The position numbers were made by a program, and so were the translations under genes. The notes under the pieces were generated by a model that made no database searches, had not been told where the DNA came from, and saw only the letters and a program-made list of their open reading frames with translations. A stretch of 62,796 nt of DNA, filler included, from Welwitschia mirabilis (Eukaryota), in the NCBI GenBank assembly GCA_051453625.1. It is 5 parts of one record of this genome, joined end to end, with 100 filler letters (N's around TTAATTAATTAA, not from the genome) between each part and the next. Parts side by side here need not be neighbours in the genome. Positions count along the whole stretch, not along the records: positions 10,533 to 30,634 come from JBOZIK010000001.1; 4 more parts are not named here. One strand, given 5' to 3'. Each line of letters begins with the position of its first letter. The stretch's first letter is position 1. Shown here in pieces: positions 11,801-24,779 of this stretch.

Positions 11801-14800
11801 TTTGAGGTTTCGTGCATTGAGCCTAAAAAAGCACACTGGAGCATGGTAAGTTTAAGAATGAATGTAGTGGGTGAAGTGAACTACTAATTGTATGGTATGT
11901 CTTGGTAAGCTTTTTCAGGGTGGTGGCATCACAAGGTACTAAACGCTATTTTAGGGCACATGAGATGGGGTGCATCAAGTAATTTTAACACTAGATGGGA
12001 CTAACGCTTAAAGTGATGTTTCACAGGTGAATACTGTCTTGAACATTTTGATGGGATTTGGTCATTGGAGATAGAGTGACAACAAAAGCTTCAATTATGC
12101 ATGCTTAATAAGGTGAAAGACAAATACCATTATCCTTGATTTGCCCTTGTCTTAATGCTATGCCTTGACTTTTGTTATAATTTGCAATTTTGAAGGTTTT
12201 GCCTAAGCAAGTAAGATATAGGTAGTAATCTTAAATTCATAAAACTAGGACACTCTATTGTAGTATACTTGACCCAAATTGTCATTCTCTCTTAGGGACT
12301 GCAAGGGAATTTCATAGCTCACAAAGGTTTAAATGCCTAGAAAGGATTTGAATAAGGTTTGAATAGAAGAGTTCAAGAAGGGGATTAATAGGTTAAGATA
12401 TTAGAGGGATTTTCTTTTTAGGAATCAGGAATTATTGTTTATAAGACAATCTACCACGCAAGCCCAATCTAAGCTAAAGATATTATGTTAAATACAAAAT
12501 AGGTTCATAGAGAAGCAATAAAGAATTCACTTCATATTTTGAATGTTGTAAAAGCATTAAGTGTAGAAATGTCATGCCTTGCAATTACACATGGCAAGCA
12601 CTAGGATAACATGGAGAATGTCATAAACACTACCACATAAATTATCTAAACCCTAACAATACATTGAAGGAACAAATTTAAATGATAAACACGATAAACA
12701 CATTTGAAATGTACTATTGCATAACTACTAATCGTAATTGTATCAATGATGAAAGAAAACATAAATCCAATCATAGATCAAGGTACATTTGCTAGTGATG
12801 TAGATACTACAAATACTAGTTTAGGATGAATATGACTTTGGCTCAGAAAGGTGGATGCCTCATGATATAATCATTCCCTCTAACCTAAGGAGAGAGAAAA
12901 GGGGGTTAGTACCTTATGATGAGACAAGCCTTTATCATGCAAATAGGAAATTTGGAATTGGAATGATAAAAGTTCAGACGCAATATGGAATGATTAAAGG
13001 ATGACATAATATGAATAACCTTTGAGGTAGGCTTTGCTTCTATAGCCTTGAATAGGGTTGCAAATTACATTGACACATACTTAGTATGTTAATGCTAATC
13101 ATAGATGGTCATTGATGAATCTCCTTGGCCACTAGGATTTAGGTATGTAATACTTAGTCTTCTAAAGATCTAGTTTAGTACTTTGGCTATTAAACTGATT
13201 TTAGCCCCATGATATATGGCTAATTCAGCAATGTATCCACTAAGTAGCAACCCATTTCTCCTTAAAAAGCCAATGATGCTAATTATCTAGATGGTGACAT
13301 GGGTCTTGTTAGGCTGTCCACCTTCAGTGAAAGTTGGTCAGCACAAAGTGACCTATAATTAATATTCCTAGTATCAATACTTTTTAATAACACTTTGAAA
13401 ATTATAATGATAAAACTTGGTTAATAATATCTTAATAATAAACATGGTATTTATAGTTTTAAAATATATTATTTACCAAAGATTAAATGTCCAAATATGT
13501 AAAAATTCAATGTTAAACACCAAACCATTGTGTTTGCAATGTGTTGCAAGAAAGAAGACAATGCATTACTTGTGGAGGAAATCAAAGTAGCATTTTGATC
13601 AATCAATTGGACTGAACTGATATTATATAGTAAATAGGCTTGTTAAAACCAAGATGAAAGAGAGCTCATGTTTGCAATCCCACTTGGATCAGAGAAGCAA
13701 ATTGTTTATGCAATTAGATAACATATAGGTTATGTTTCATGAGAGTGTACATGCAACGACCATCCTTACTTTTGTGCTTAATAGTTGAGGAATTGTATCA
13801 ATTCTATTATTATTCACTGACAATATGTTAGTGGCTAGAAATAACTTGCAGAGGCTAAAACATTTGAAAGGTGACATGTCCAAGTGTTTTGGCATGAAAG
13901 ATCTCAGACTAGCAAAACAAATTCTTCATATGTGGATTTCTAGAGGTCAGCCATGACATAATTTGTGGTTAAGTCAGTTTGAATTTATCGATAAAGTATT
14001 GAAATGCTTGACTATGTCAAGGTGTTGAAATTCTTGGTAACCACTTTCAATTGTTACATAAGAGTTGTCTTTTTTTCAAGGAGGACATGTTTGATATGAA
14101 GGCAACGTCCTATACATCAGCTACTGAAAATCTGATGCATGGCATGGTCTACAATAGATCAGACATTACCTACGCAGTGGGAGCTACCCCACCATTTATA
14201 AAGCATGCCGTTAGAAAACATTGGTAATACATCAAGTGGCTTTGGAGGTATCTAAAAGGGATGCAGCATACATCTGTGGGTTTGCCTGATCTGATCAGTG
14301 CCTTGCATGCTAAGTAGATGTTGATTATGCTGGTGGCAAAGACACTAGGAGGTTTACTACAAGGCATTTTGTTATTCTTCACAGTGGGTTAGTGATTTAG
14401 ATATCCTGCTTGTAGTTAGATGTAGCTATTTAACTACAAAAGCTGAAAATGTTGCTTTGATAAAGACTGCAAACAAGAAATTATGGTTGAAATGCATCCT
14501 GAGTTTGATTGCACTTCATCAAATCATGGTTGCTGGACATCATGTCAGCCACTGTGCTATCCATTTTGAAAAGAATACTGCACACAATGTTAGGACTTAG
14601 GACAAAGCATAGTAATATCAAATATAACTGCATTAGCCAGGTGACTGAAAGTAGGATGTTGGACACTGAAAAACTTCATACTTGGACAAATCTGACAAAC
14701 TTCTTCACAAAGGTTGTTAATGGTTCTAACAAACAAGCTTGTTGTGATGGTGTGGCCTGGGAGCTCTTGGAGGCAGAGTATATCTGTTCAGAAATTTATC

Positions 14801-17800
14801 TTCAAGTGAAATGGTCGTATATGTGAAGCCAATTTTTTTTTTTGAATAGCCTTGTTTTCCTCTTTGTTATATTTTCAATGTTTGGTGTCTATGTGTGAGT
14901 GATTATGTAATAATACCACATCGAGTAGACATTTTACTCTAATTTTGTAAAAAGGAATTTTAAAATATGTATTTTTAGGTTTGTGGGCTATTGAGTTGTG
15001 TTAGATGTGAAGCCAAATTTCCTTTTATAGTCTTGTTTTCCCCTTTTGATATATTTTTAGCGTTTGGTGTCTACGTTTGAGTGGTTATGTAAGAATACCA
15101 CATTGAGTAGACCATTTATTTTAAATTTTGTAAAGGAAAACTTTAAAACCTTATGTATTTTTCACATTGCGGACTGTTGGGGTGTTGATATAAACCCATT
15201 TTAGGGTGAGACTCCTTTTGAAAAGTTGGCCTTGTGTTTTTCTATTTGCTCTGTACTTTGCTGCTTGAAATTATTAATGAAGAGCCCTGTTCCTACTTCT
15301 TGTGAATATTACCCTCTGCATTAGAGGTGGTTTTACCACTTTATTTTGCATGTTTTGATTGTTGTTTTGTTTTTCTTTGCTGTTTGCATTGCTGTTTCTC
15401 AACAAATCATTAACTTCATCCTCTAGATGCATCCCTTTGCTTCATGTTTTCTTGGTGTTGCTTTATCTATTTGATGCTTTCAGATGATTTAACATACTTT
15501 CTTAAATTAGTAGCTTGATGCATTTCACAATATTGTAGTAACCTAGAGGTTTGAATACCAGGAATATAGCTGGTGGTTCATTAAGAGGATATTTTAGCCT
15601 CAGGTGGCAGTTGATCACAAAGAATGTTGTGAAATTGAAATCTTTTACAGTGCCACCAAGTTGACGGAATAAAACCAGGATAATGTTTAACAATGTTGAT
15701 GATGATATGCTGATAATGGCTGTGGTCCTAAGATGGTAGTGATGTCACCTGTGTTGAAAGTGTATTTTGGTTCAATGTCATACTTTTTGTCGATTTAAGT
15801 GTTACAAAAAAGTTTGTCACATAGGGCAAAAAATGTTTTAAATAGTAGTCTTTAGTTTGCGCGTTTTGCACTTCTGTGCACTCTGAACTTTACTTGCCTT
15901 TCGATTCGTACTTGCAATTTTGCTTTATATTTTTTGTTACTATGCTTTATTACATGCAACATCGAGTGTTCATATCTGACTGTCTTCAATCACAATTTTC
16001 CTCTTTATAAAAGAGCACTGACATACTTTTTAATTTTAATTTCTGTTATGTTTAGTTGTAGATAGCAGGAGACCCCATCATTTGTTTCGGTTCATGATAT
16101 TTCATTCATCTTGTTTGACTAGAACCTTTTGTATCTAGCATTGTGGTAGCTTTAGCTAGAAGATTGGAAATTCTAAATATTATACTGCTCCACCATTGTT
16201 ATTTTCTTGTCAATTGTAGGATATGGTTTTTTCCAGATTCAAGGGAAGCATTTGTGCACTCTGAAAAACATCTTCAAGAACAGCATCATCAAGTAAATAA
16301 TGAATGTGAACATAATAATGTAAGCAATTCATACATTTGTTTTGTTCCAACTCAAGTAAAATTCCTTTAAAGTATGTTTATCTGACAAGAAGTTTTTTGA
16401 TTTCAGAAGAAAAACAATATCGAGGAAAAAGACATACTTAATCAGGTTTCCAAAACTCATGATGCAATTAAGTAAGTTACATTTAATTGTTGATTAGTTT
16501 TGCTATTCTTTTTCAATACTGGCTATCAACGATACTGTTTCTTCTCAAGAAATTCATGTATCAGAGATTACATGCAAGGTTGCATTACTGTGAAAACCTG
16601 CCTAAACCATTTTTAATCCAATGTTGTATAACAGAACTCTAGATAAGACAATCTCAACATTGGAACTGGAGCTTGCAGCTGTTCGTGCAATACAACAAAG
16701 TAATGACATTGCATCTCCAATGACAAGCAAAATTATTAGTGATAAAGCAGGGGAAAGAAAAAAAGCTTTCATTGTCATTGGGATCAACACTGCATTCAGT
16801 AGTCGTAAGAGACGAGACTCAGTTAGAGAAACATGGATGCCGCAAGGTATGCTGTGTAATCTATGAAACCATAGATATTCAGATGGATTTGTTGTCAATT
16901 GTCAATTATCTCAAATTGTTTTTGGTGTTGCAGGTAAAAAACTTCGTCAACTTGAGAAAGAGAAAGGCATTGTAATAAGATTTGTTATTGGGCACAGGTA
17001 TTATCAAGTCACTTTGAACTTCGAACATTTAAACATTGTTGCATGGCTGTGTATTCTTGGATCTGATTCTTGTTTTTTTTTTTTTTGCTTTTTGTATTTT
17101 TGTGAACCTTCACATTGTTCCTATGGGCAGTCTGACACCTGGGGGTATTTTAGACCGTGCTATTGATGCTGAGGATGACCAAAACCATGACTTTTTAAGA
17201 CTCGTGGGTATCCCTTGGCATTAATAGAGTATTTTAAGGACCCCTTCTACTGAATTATTGTTACATTTTACAAATCAGATTGCTATGCCCCTTATTTCTG
17301 ATAGCTTTGAATATGTCTTTTTTTCATGATTTCCCCATTCTTCTGTACTAGAATCACATTGAAGGTTACCATGAATTGTCTTCGAAGACATTAATATACT
17401 TCACGACAGCAGTAGCCAAATGGGATGCTGACTTTTATGTTAAGGTCGATGATGATGTACATGTTAACTTAGGTACCTCAGCCTTATTGTTCTTTTCATT
17501 GGTGAAAGTAGGATTTGAATTTTTTTTTTCCGATGTTTGTTTTGAATATGAATTACCCACTTGATGAAAAGAATCATTGTGGAAGATTACGTTTGCAGGG
17601 ATTCTTGGCAGTACACTAGCACGACATCGCTCGAAACCACGTGTTTACATAGGTTGTATGAAATCAGGACCTGTGCTCTCTCATAGGTATGCATTGTGTT
17701 TTTTAAAGTTTATTAAACTTTTCTTTTTAATTTTACCATCACTTGTTTATTTTAATTTTAAGGGATCTTCACTGGAACGGGTTTGCTTTTTCAGGGGTTC

Positions 17801-20800
17801 AAAATATCGTGAACCTGAATATTGGAAGTTTGGTGAAGATGGAAACAAGTATTTTAGACATGCAACAGGACAACTGTATGGAATTTCCAAAGATCTGGCT
17901 ACTTATATCTCCATAAATCAGTAAGTGTTTTCATTTTATACAAATACCAGGCTGCTTAGGCAGGTCAAGAATTGTTTGACGCGATGGGCCAAAATAGACT
18001 GGATGTGAACTACATTGATAAATATTCTTTTTTTAGGCAAATATTACACAAATATGCCAATGAAGATGTCACTCTAGGGTCCTGGTTCATTGGATTAGAT
18101 GTGGAGCATATTGATGATCGCAGTATTTGTTGTGGTACTCCACCAGGTACATGCCAAATGAACATTGTTTTTCAACCTGATATCTGTTTTTACTGTCAAC
18201 TTACCATTGTACAAATTTTTTTTTCCCTTGTAATTTGATTCTCCCCACTTCATTGCTGCTGAAACAAAATAGGATACTGGAATAACAGAAAACAACACTC
18301 TTATAGTTATTCCCATTCATGATTAAATCAACATCATTCCTCTTGAGTCTATGTTCATCCTTGTTTCAATACCGATTCTGCATAATCAATGTAGATGTTG
18401 AAAGCTTAAAGGTCTTGGGTTTGTATCCTATGGTGTGCAGGTAAACTTTTGGTTCTCTCCATGTATTCAAAACGCACTAAGCATGAGCTTCAATGCCTTG
18501 AGTACAGATCAAGACTTGGGCATTTGCTAGTTAGCTATTTAGTTGGAATGGTCCACTCCTGGTTTTCATTTGGCCAAACTAATAAGTGACCTTAGCAAAT
18601 GCGGCATAGTTTTCTAGGAACCCCCTAAAAAAATGTTGCTTAAAAACTTTCAACTTTCTGAGGGTGGTTTGAAGTGAAGCTAGGATCAAAGTAAAACATG
18701 GATCTTGTGTCCTTTCTAAAAGCCAAGGACACTCTTTCCAATATGTGATTTTATAGTATAAAAGAAGAGGCTAAGTCGGAAAAGATACAACGCATGATTG
18801 GTGGCATAGGGCATCAAGCAAAAGCAAAGTGTTGAATTCATTGAAATATTCTTACTTATAAAACATACCTCTATGACATCATTTTGTCTGCAGTAGCATG
18901 TCTTAATTTAGAACTTGAATAGTTATAGACGAAAATTGCCTTTCTACATGGTAATTTGGAAGAAGATATCTACATGGAACATCTAGAAGGCTCTGTAGCC
19001 TTTTATCCTTAGCATGGGTATATATCGCGAAGAAGTTTCTATGGCTTGACACAAGCACTCAGACAATGTTATAATACTATTCACTTTTTCATGTAGCAAC
19101 AATAATATTCTGGATGTGAACTAGATCATAGTGTTTATCCATTTGGCTTATTGACGTCTAAGAATTGTCCTTTTGGTATCGCATGCTGATTACATGCTCT
19201 TAGCAAGAACTGATGGTGAGCATTTAAGATTGTATTCACAAATGACAACATATTTTGCAACAAAAGTTCTTGGTCTTGTTAATCTAATACTTGAAATGAG
19301 AATTCAAATGGATAGGAGCAATCAGGAGCTTTGGTTAAATCATTTCAAATATATTGACAAAGTAATGAAGCGATTTAATATGAAAAATTGCAGTCTTGTA
19401 AGTAGTTGGCAACATCATGTATGCAATGGCTGTACTTGCCCCAACATTGCATATTCAGTGGGAGTTGTTTTTAGCTATATGTGCACTCTAGGTCTCAAAC
19501 ACTAGGAAGCAATAGAATGGGCACTGGTATCTGAAAAGAAATAAAACATAATGTTTTGGGAGTATGGACTACATTTTGGTTTTTGTCAGGACACAAATTT
19601 CGCTAGTTGCACGGATACAAGGAAATTCACCCTTAACTATGTTTTTGTCATCATGTCTTCAATGGACTGTTTCTTTGTTCACTATTAAAGCTGAGTATAT
19701 TGCCCGTGTAGCTGGAGGTAAAGAGATGATATGGCTGGGATATTTGTTTGGTATTTGTCTTCAAATGGGGGAATGTCCTCATGTGAAGCCAAAGTTATTT
19801 ATCCCATTGTGTTATTCTTATGTTCACCTGACATGTTTTAAGTGGTGGTTAGACTTACAAAAAAGGGAATATATGGGCAGGAGTTACTTTTAGGGTTTGC
19901 CAGTTGTTACCCTATTTCCTCTATTTATTCACTTCATGTCTTTAAGGTATGGCACGTGTGTGCCAAACTGTTGGCTCAAATTTCTAAAGCTTGAATGAAT
20001 ATTAATAATTAGATTTGCATTGCTTTCAGAAGGACGTAGCCTGCAAAGGAACCAAACCTCGTATATGTTATTGTTAGCATTTACTAGTTTTGTCACTTAC
20101 ATTGCATCCTGTTTTTCTGATGTGTTTCTTTTTCAAATAATAGTTTTCATCCTTCTTATCATTAACAATAATGCAGCAACTTTCATGGTCTAATATAGAC
20201 CAAGCATGAACATGTTGGAGATATCAGGCACTAGAAAATTTGAATAGAAACTAAACTATATCTGAGAATAATAAAAACCATGTACTATTTTAGCATGGTG
20301 AAACACAAAACTGGGTTGCACAATAATCCTCTAGATGTGCAGAAGAAGTGTAGAATGTAACAATGTGGTATTTTATAAAAAGGTTTAAGGATAAAGTGTT
20401 CTCTTGATAGAGTGAAGACCCAAAAGCAAAGAACAAATTAGAGACACACTCAAAGGGGTGCATTAACCTGAGAAATAAGAATGGAAGTATATTAAGAAAA
20501 TCTTGTTAGCTGAGAAACAACTATAAAATTCTGTTAAATGACAATACCATTGAATCTCTGAAAATTGGACATTGATGATGTTGGACATTATTCAGTATAC
20601 AGAGAAGTGGAATAGCAAGTTCCACGCCAGACACATCATTTCACAGGAGGGTAGAATGAATGAGCATGTATCTGAGGAGGGGATGAGCTTGAACTCCTGT
20701 CCCTTATCGAAATTGTAGGAATTAAATTGCATAAGAACAATTGTGTGTTCTGCGGCAAAGTGATGTCAGCAGTGTCAACTAACTGACAATGTAGGAAGCT

Positions 20801-22652
20801 TCTGTAGCAACAACTGAGAGCAGCAGAGAGTCTTTTGAGGGACATCAACATGCAGAACATAAGCCGTGGCCTAGAAGATTGGAATCTGAGAAGTGCTTGA
20901 AGAGAGCACTCTAGCACTTGAACAGATGAGGTGAATGTCAGAAGATTGCAAGAGCATGAAGGAGCAGTGTACATGGTAACCGGTAAGGCTAGGCATTCTC
21001 TGGAAATAAAATCTTTTATTTTTTGAACATTAGTCTTTTATTTTATTTGAATTGTGTTCCATTAGCAGAGGGGAGAAATCTAAATGCATGTTACTTTGGC
21101 AATTAATATGGCTAATATGGTCATATAACAAGCAATACAACTGTATATCATTTTATACAATCCCTTTAGCATTCTTTCGTCACACATACAATACACATGT
21201 TTGATAAGGCCAAAATTCTTTGACTTTATTCAGGGCAGAATTTGATTATAAACAAAAATTTGATATCCTGTGCAGCTTAATGTGCGATCTAGGGTTTGGA
21301 CAACATAAATAGCCATATTATAGCCAAACAGGAAGTATTTACATCACCATGAGACAAGTGTCACATGCATGAGACCTAGATGAGAGTGTTAGCCATAAAC
21401 ATTACAGTCAGACACATGTTGCTCGTTTAGGTCTTTTAGATCCTTCAGAACTTTGTATGATCAGAGGAATGACCAGGATTTAATCATACTTTGAATTTGA
21501 TGATATATTCTTTCACACATTCCTTTGGAAGGTCCTTTAAGGTGTATGTCTTGTCATCCGCTGTAAATGATCAGCATTTCCTTTTCAAGATAATATCTTC
21601 ATAACAATCAAAACATGGCACTCGCATGGATGCTAAAGGACCTTTTAAAATCACATATTTTAAAATCAGAGGCTTCTGTCTTGATTGACAAGGCAGAATT
21701 GGCTTCACTGAAAGCATTGCAATTCTTCTTTTGTATGGCAACGTCTTATTTTACAATCATCTCATTTATCATTTCTTGTTACAGGTTATTATAAGCACAT
21801 TGTCATGCTGGCTTTTCATTTGCTTATCATTGTAGTTGTATTACAGCCTTTGTTAAATGTGTTTTCTAGAATTAGATATGAAATATTCTGACATCTTCTC
21901 TGGATCATCTTTGAAGATGTGTGCATCTTTTTTATGGTTCATCTTGCTGTTGTTGACCAAGAGAACTGAGGCCTCCCAGACAATATGCTGTCCATCATAA
22001 AGTGTAACATCCTTCTAAATTTTAAAATTTATTTTTAAATAAAGAAGCCTATCTTGATGAGAATCTTTCATATCTGAGATAGATTGATTCCCATGCTAGA
22101 AGATTTAGGTATGTTAAATCATTTGTAGAATAACTTTCTAAATGAGGTAGGAATTCTAAAATGTTGAAAATCCTCATTAGTATTCCTATATGAAAGCTGA
22201 AAAAAGTTTTTAAACACTCTAGAATAGCTAAAACTTTTAAATAAAAATAATTATAGTTGCTTTCACCCTTTAAGGCCAAAAAACCATAAAATTTCTAGAA
22301 GTAAAATATAATTTATATTGAAGGCATTCTTTTTTGTTTTAACAGTACAGTTTCCCATGGTTCTTTTTAAGACTCTCTTGGATAATTATATTGGTATTTT
22401 ATTTACAACAATAAGCTAGTTTGATATATGTTTTCAAAGTTGCCTCTTACCTTCTGTTTAATGCCTACCACACAAAGTCAATGATTTCTTTCCTTGTCAA
22501 CAGACTGTCAATGGAAAGCTCAGTCCGGAAATCCATGTGTTGCATCCTTTGATTGGAGTTGCAGTGGTATCTGTAAATCTGTTGAAAGGATGAAGTATGT
22601 TCATCGCCGGTGTGGTGAAGGAGATGGCGCGGTTTGGAGTGCTATTTTTTGA
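8758..22652 (+). CDS. B3GALT: GT31 family beta-1,3-galactosyltransferase (DUF4094 + Galactosyl_T type), 11 exons, 409 aa
   Basis: join(8758-8879,16220-16319,16407-16471,16635-16846,16934-16997,17131-17203,17352-17472,17599-17686,17795-17920,18037-18146,22504-22652) = 1230 nt. All introns are GT-AG with consistent phases. Motifs: N-terminal TM ([14 protein letters not shown]), [31 protein letters not shown] (DxD), [24 protein letters not shown] and [15 protein letters not shown]. Confidence 0.95.
10433..10532. other. Assembly contig-join linker (44 N + TTAATTAATTAA + 44 N); same at 30635-30734, 55201-55300 and 58984-59083
   Basis: The identical 100-nt structure occurs four times. TTAATTAATTAA gives stop codons in all six frames. 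Confidence 0.95.
11300..15404 (+). mobile_element. Ancient degraded Ty1/copia LTR retrotransposon in GT31 intron 1, both LTR ends recognisable
   Basis: The 5' LTR ends TTGCATTGTTGTTTTCTTAACA (11782) and is followed by the PBS-like TGGTATTGGAACC (11785-11797). RT/RNaseH remnants lie at ~13700-14750 (RTKHSNIKY.., [17 protein letters not shown]). The 3' LTR runs ~14812-15404 and ends TTGCATTGCTGTTTCTCAACA. The left boundary is approximate. Confidence 0.75.
14821..15190. repeat. ~185 bp tandem duplication inside the 3' LTR
   Basis: Two units start ATGTGAAGCCAA (14821, 15005) and share GTTTGGTGTCTA...AATACCACATYGAGTAGAC. Confidence 0.85.
16220..16319 (+). CDS. B3GALT: GT31 exon 2
   Basis: TGTAG|G ATA TGG ... 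AAT|GTAAG. Confidence 0.88.
16407..16471 (+). CDS. B3GALT: GT31 exon 3 ([13 protein letters not shown])
   Basis: TTTCAG| acceptor (NAGNAG) and AA|GTAAG donor. Confidence 0.88.
16635..16846 (+). CDS. B3GALT: GT31 exon 4 ([15 protein letters not shown]...ETWMPQ)
   Basis: ACAG| acceptor and G|GTATG donor. Confidence 0.93.
16934..16997 (+). CDS. B3GALT: GT31 exon 5 ([15 protein letters not shown])
   Basis: GCAG| acceptor and AG|GTATT donor. Confidence 0.92.
17131..17203 (+). CDS. B3GALT: GT31 exon 6 ([14 protein letters not shown]...DFLRL)
   Basis: GCAG| acceptor and CTC|GTGGGT donor. Confidence 0.92.
17352..17472 (+). CDS. B3GALT: GT31 exon 7 ([12 protein letters not shown]...[10 protein letters not shown])
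   Basis: CTAG| acceptor, G|GTACC donor and the DxD motif. Confidence 0.93.
17599..17686 (+). CDS. B3GALT: GT31 exon 8 ([13 protein letters not shown])
   Basis: GCAG| acceptor and AG|GTATG donor. Confidence 0.93.
17795..17920 (+). CDS. B3GALT: GT31 exon 9 ([21 protein letters not shown])
   Basis: TCAG| acceptor and CA|GTAAG donor. Confidence 0.93.
18037..18146 (+). CDS. B3GALT: GT31 exon 10 ([20 protein letters not shown])
   Basis: TTTAG| acceptor and G|GTAC donor. Confidence 0.93.
18780..20167 (+). mobile_element. Degraded Ty1/copia RT-RNaseH fragment with PPT and 3' LTR in GT31 intron 10
   Basis: Translates [45 protein letters not shown] and KAEYIA. PPT AAATGGGGGAA (19763-19773) is followed by TGTCCTCATGTGAAGCCAA, and the LTR ends TTAACA at ~20167. 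Confidence 0.85.
22504..22652 (+). CDS. B3GALT: GT31 exon 11 ([25 protein letters not shown]...AIF*)
   Basis: ACAG| acceptor and TGA at 22650-22652. Confidence 0.93.
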
Positions 22653-23649
22653 TCCTGTTCTTAGTTGGAGTACTGCAATACCAATTTCTTTACCCCTGTA
22701 GCAATATCCATGGGCAGTTTCATACTTATAATCTGGCCTCTAGTGATTATACCAAGGTATTTATTATTGAAAAATCTGAGAGATCACAAGTTTTTGTTTA
22801 ATTTTCCCTTACCTTTAATCTAATGAAAGACTGTCACTTTTTCTTGACTGTCAATGTATACACAACTGAGTCATGTATTCTATTTGGATGATTTCCCAGA
22901 AACTTCAAGCTGGTTCACAACGTTAATAAAAAATACACTCTAATGCATTGGATATTTTGAAAGTACCTTGCTTGTGTATAAAGTGGTATTTTTCATTCAG
23001 TTCAATTTTTGCATGGAATAGGATTTTCTTTGCTCCAAGCATAATCTAAAAGAATTGAGCCATTCTTGTCAACCTAAAACCAAATTATGTTTTCATGTTT
23101 TAAGCATTCTCTGAATTTCAATCTTTCTATTATTAAGTTTTTTAAATAGGAAAAACAATTGGCAGCTGTTCAGGAGGTGCGGCGCTCAAGATAAACCATG
23201 TGATTCATGCAGAAGGGTCCAGTATCCATACTGCATTTAAATTTTCTATCTTCCTTGGTTTCTGGCATATGACTTATTAGGTGAGGTCACAGGCAATCAG
23301 CAGTGAAAGCAAACACAAAGACTAAGCAAAGAATTTTAACAAGTTATGGACAAACTGACACAATATTATTAGTTGTATGGAAATTAGCCATTAGACATGC
23401 ATTAGATACTTATTAAATTCATAAGTATAATATTAGCTTAAAGGATATGTAAAGATGTTTAGCGAAGTGGGTAAAATCCTTTTAGGAGCCCATATACGAA
23501 ACCATGCATAGTCACTGGCCTGATTTCATCAGTGTGGGCATCTGCAACTAGATTTCTGTAACAGAAATGCAGACTTGAAATGGTGTCTCTATCAAATGTC
23601 ACGTATAAGTGATGTAGGCGCATTCCATGCCAAAATTAAATACGTAATT

Positions 23650-24500
23650 AAAGTCGTTAGAGGTCAGACTATTTAACTATTGAAGTATGGATTTGGAAGC
23701 TTTCAAGTTGTATTTTCCAAGTGGAAATTTGGGTTTAAAATCTATAGTTGTTTTATATATAACCAAGGTTGTGGGAACCATGTGTGGGCCAAACGGTGAA
23801 GTTCAATACTACAACCAGCTGGAACATGTCAACCTCTATTTTAGCTTTAAAATGAAAGGTCATTTGTTGAATTTGGCTAAGAAATAAGTTATAGGCATCT
23901 TTTTATATAACTTTTAGGAATAGAATCTTGTATCACTAGGTTCTTAAGTTAAAATATTGTAAAGGGCCTAAATTAAATTTTCTTAAGTTTGTAATAGCTT
24001 CCTTCACAACTTATAAATTAGAGGGAGTAGTGAGCATTTGCATCTTATGTCCAGAGGATTTTTCATTGGAGGTTGAAGCTTTGTGATAGAAAAGTGTTTC
24101 CAAGAGGCTCATCTTGAGCAAACATTGTAGCTTATATTTTGTGTAATATTTCTAGTTCATTTATTAGTTGCTTCCAATATTGTTTTTGTGTTTCTAGTTT
24201 TACATTGCCTTAGCTAAATCTTGGGGCTTTTGTTGTGTGATTTTACATCATCCTAGTATCAAGGCTGGCGTGTTAGCATTGTTTTGGGTTTGTTTGTTAT
24301 GTTGAGTTGTATGAAAGATGGTTTCAAAGAAGCCTATCGCACTCATTTGCAAAAGAAGTTGATGAAACAAGAGGAAACTAGAAATGAGCTTTAACACATG
24401 GTGCAAATTTTGATGCACAAGATGGGTGTAGATTACAACAGGAAGGAAAAATTACTTGTGGAAGACAGAGTAAAAGAAGAAGAGGAAGTACATGAATCAT
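23650..24500 (+). mobile_element. Probable decayed LTR plus PBS and start of internal region
   Basis: TATA-like TTATAAAT at ~24011, an LTR-like end TTTACATCA (24250) and PBS-like TAGTATCAAGGC. Boundaries are approximate. Confidence 0.35.
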
Positions 24501-24779
24501 TGTGATATTTCACATTTTTGTAACCTTTAATTACTTAAATATTTAACATATTAATCTCTTAATTATATGACACTTTTGGATGTTGCACTTTAATATGAAA
24601 TCCCTTCTTTAATTGGAAGCTCTATGGAAAGTAGTAGCATTTATTTTTATTACCAATAATATCTTATATTTTTCTCATGTGAAAAAAAAACATTATGCTT
24701 AGGTTTGAATCCTAGATGCTTGTACAATATTTAAGTAATTAATCTTGATTTTTTGGTAGTTCTCATAGCAGTAATATTT

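Noticed and set aside
12646..12656. CTAAACCCTAA as a telomerase RNA template or telomeric tract
   Set aside because: A single short motif inside a decayed copia, with no Pol III promoter.
234..22652. EBF and GT31 as a functional gene cluster
   Set aside because: Two unrelated common plant genes; adjacency alone is not evidence.
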